Assembly: GCA_051294375.1 (NCBI GenBank)
Contig: CM119263.1
Coordinates: 5,009,873 to 5,018,921 of the forward strand
DNA length: 9,049 nucleotides
Reading direction: 5' to 3'
From: Paraspadella gotoi
Taxonomy: Eukaryota > Animalia > Chaetognatha
The notes under the pieces: model-generated
Databases searched by the model: none
What the model was told of the DNA's origin: nothing
Seen by the model: only the letters and a program-made list of their open reading frames with translations
Program-made: the position numbers and the translations under genes
In this document: positions 9,012 to 9,049 of the stretch, in pieces
Position numbering within the stretch: the first letter of the stretch is position 1
How the letters are laid out: each line of letters starts with the position of its first letter

Positions 9012-9049
9012 TGTCAGAATATTAAAGTATTATTACAAAATCTCGGTCT

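Overview
Eukaryotic, repeat-rich window with no supported host gene. It is dominated by pieces of one BEL/Pao-type LTR retrotransposon family. (1) On the minus strand, 4032->1 holds the 3' part: three Gag zinc knuckles, aspartic protease, about 1 kb in which I find no RT or RNase H motifs, integrase (HHCC, DDE, DUF5641-like tail), a candidate PPT and an LTR-like repeat. (2) A 25-N assembly gap is followed by about 1.7 kb of non-coding DNA with short tandem repeats, a pyrimidine tract and a (GA)n microsatellite. (3) On the plus strand, about 5788-8417 holds the 5' part: LTR-like repeat, leader minisatellite and an indel-riddled gag N-terminus and core. (4) A cleaner inverted second copy of the gag N-terminus lies at 8418-9011. 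The pieces are complementary but mis-oriented, and the errors are insertion-biased, which suggests long-read gap-filling or misassembly. The most interesting biological signal is that RT/RNase H appears to be replaced by an unrecognised, apparently coding segment between protease and integrase. All alignments were made by eye.
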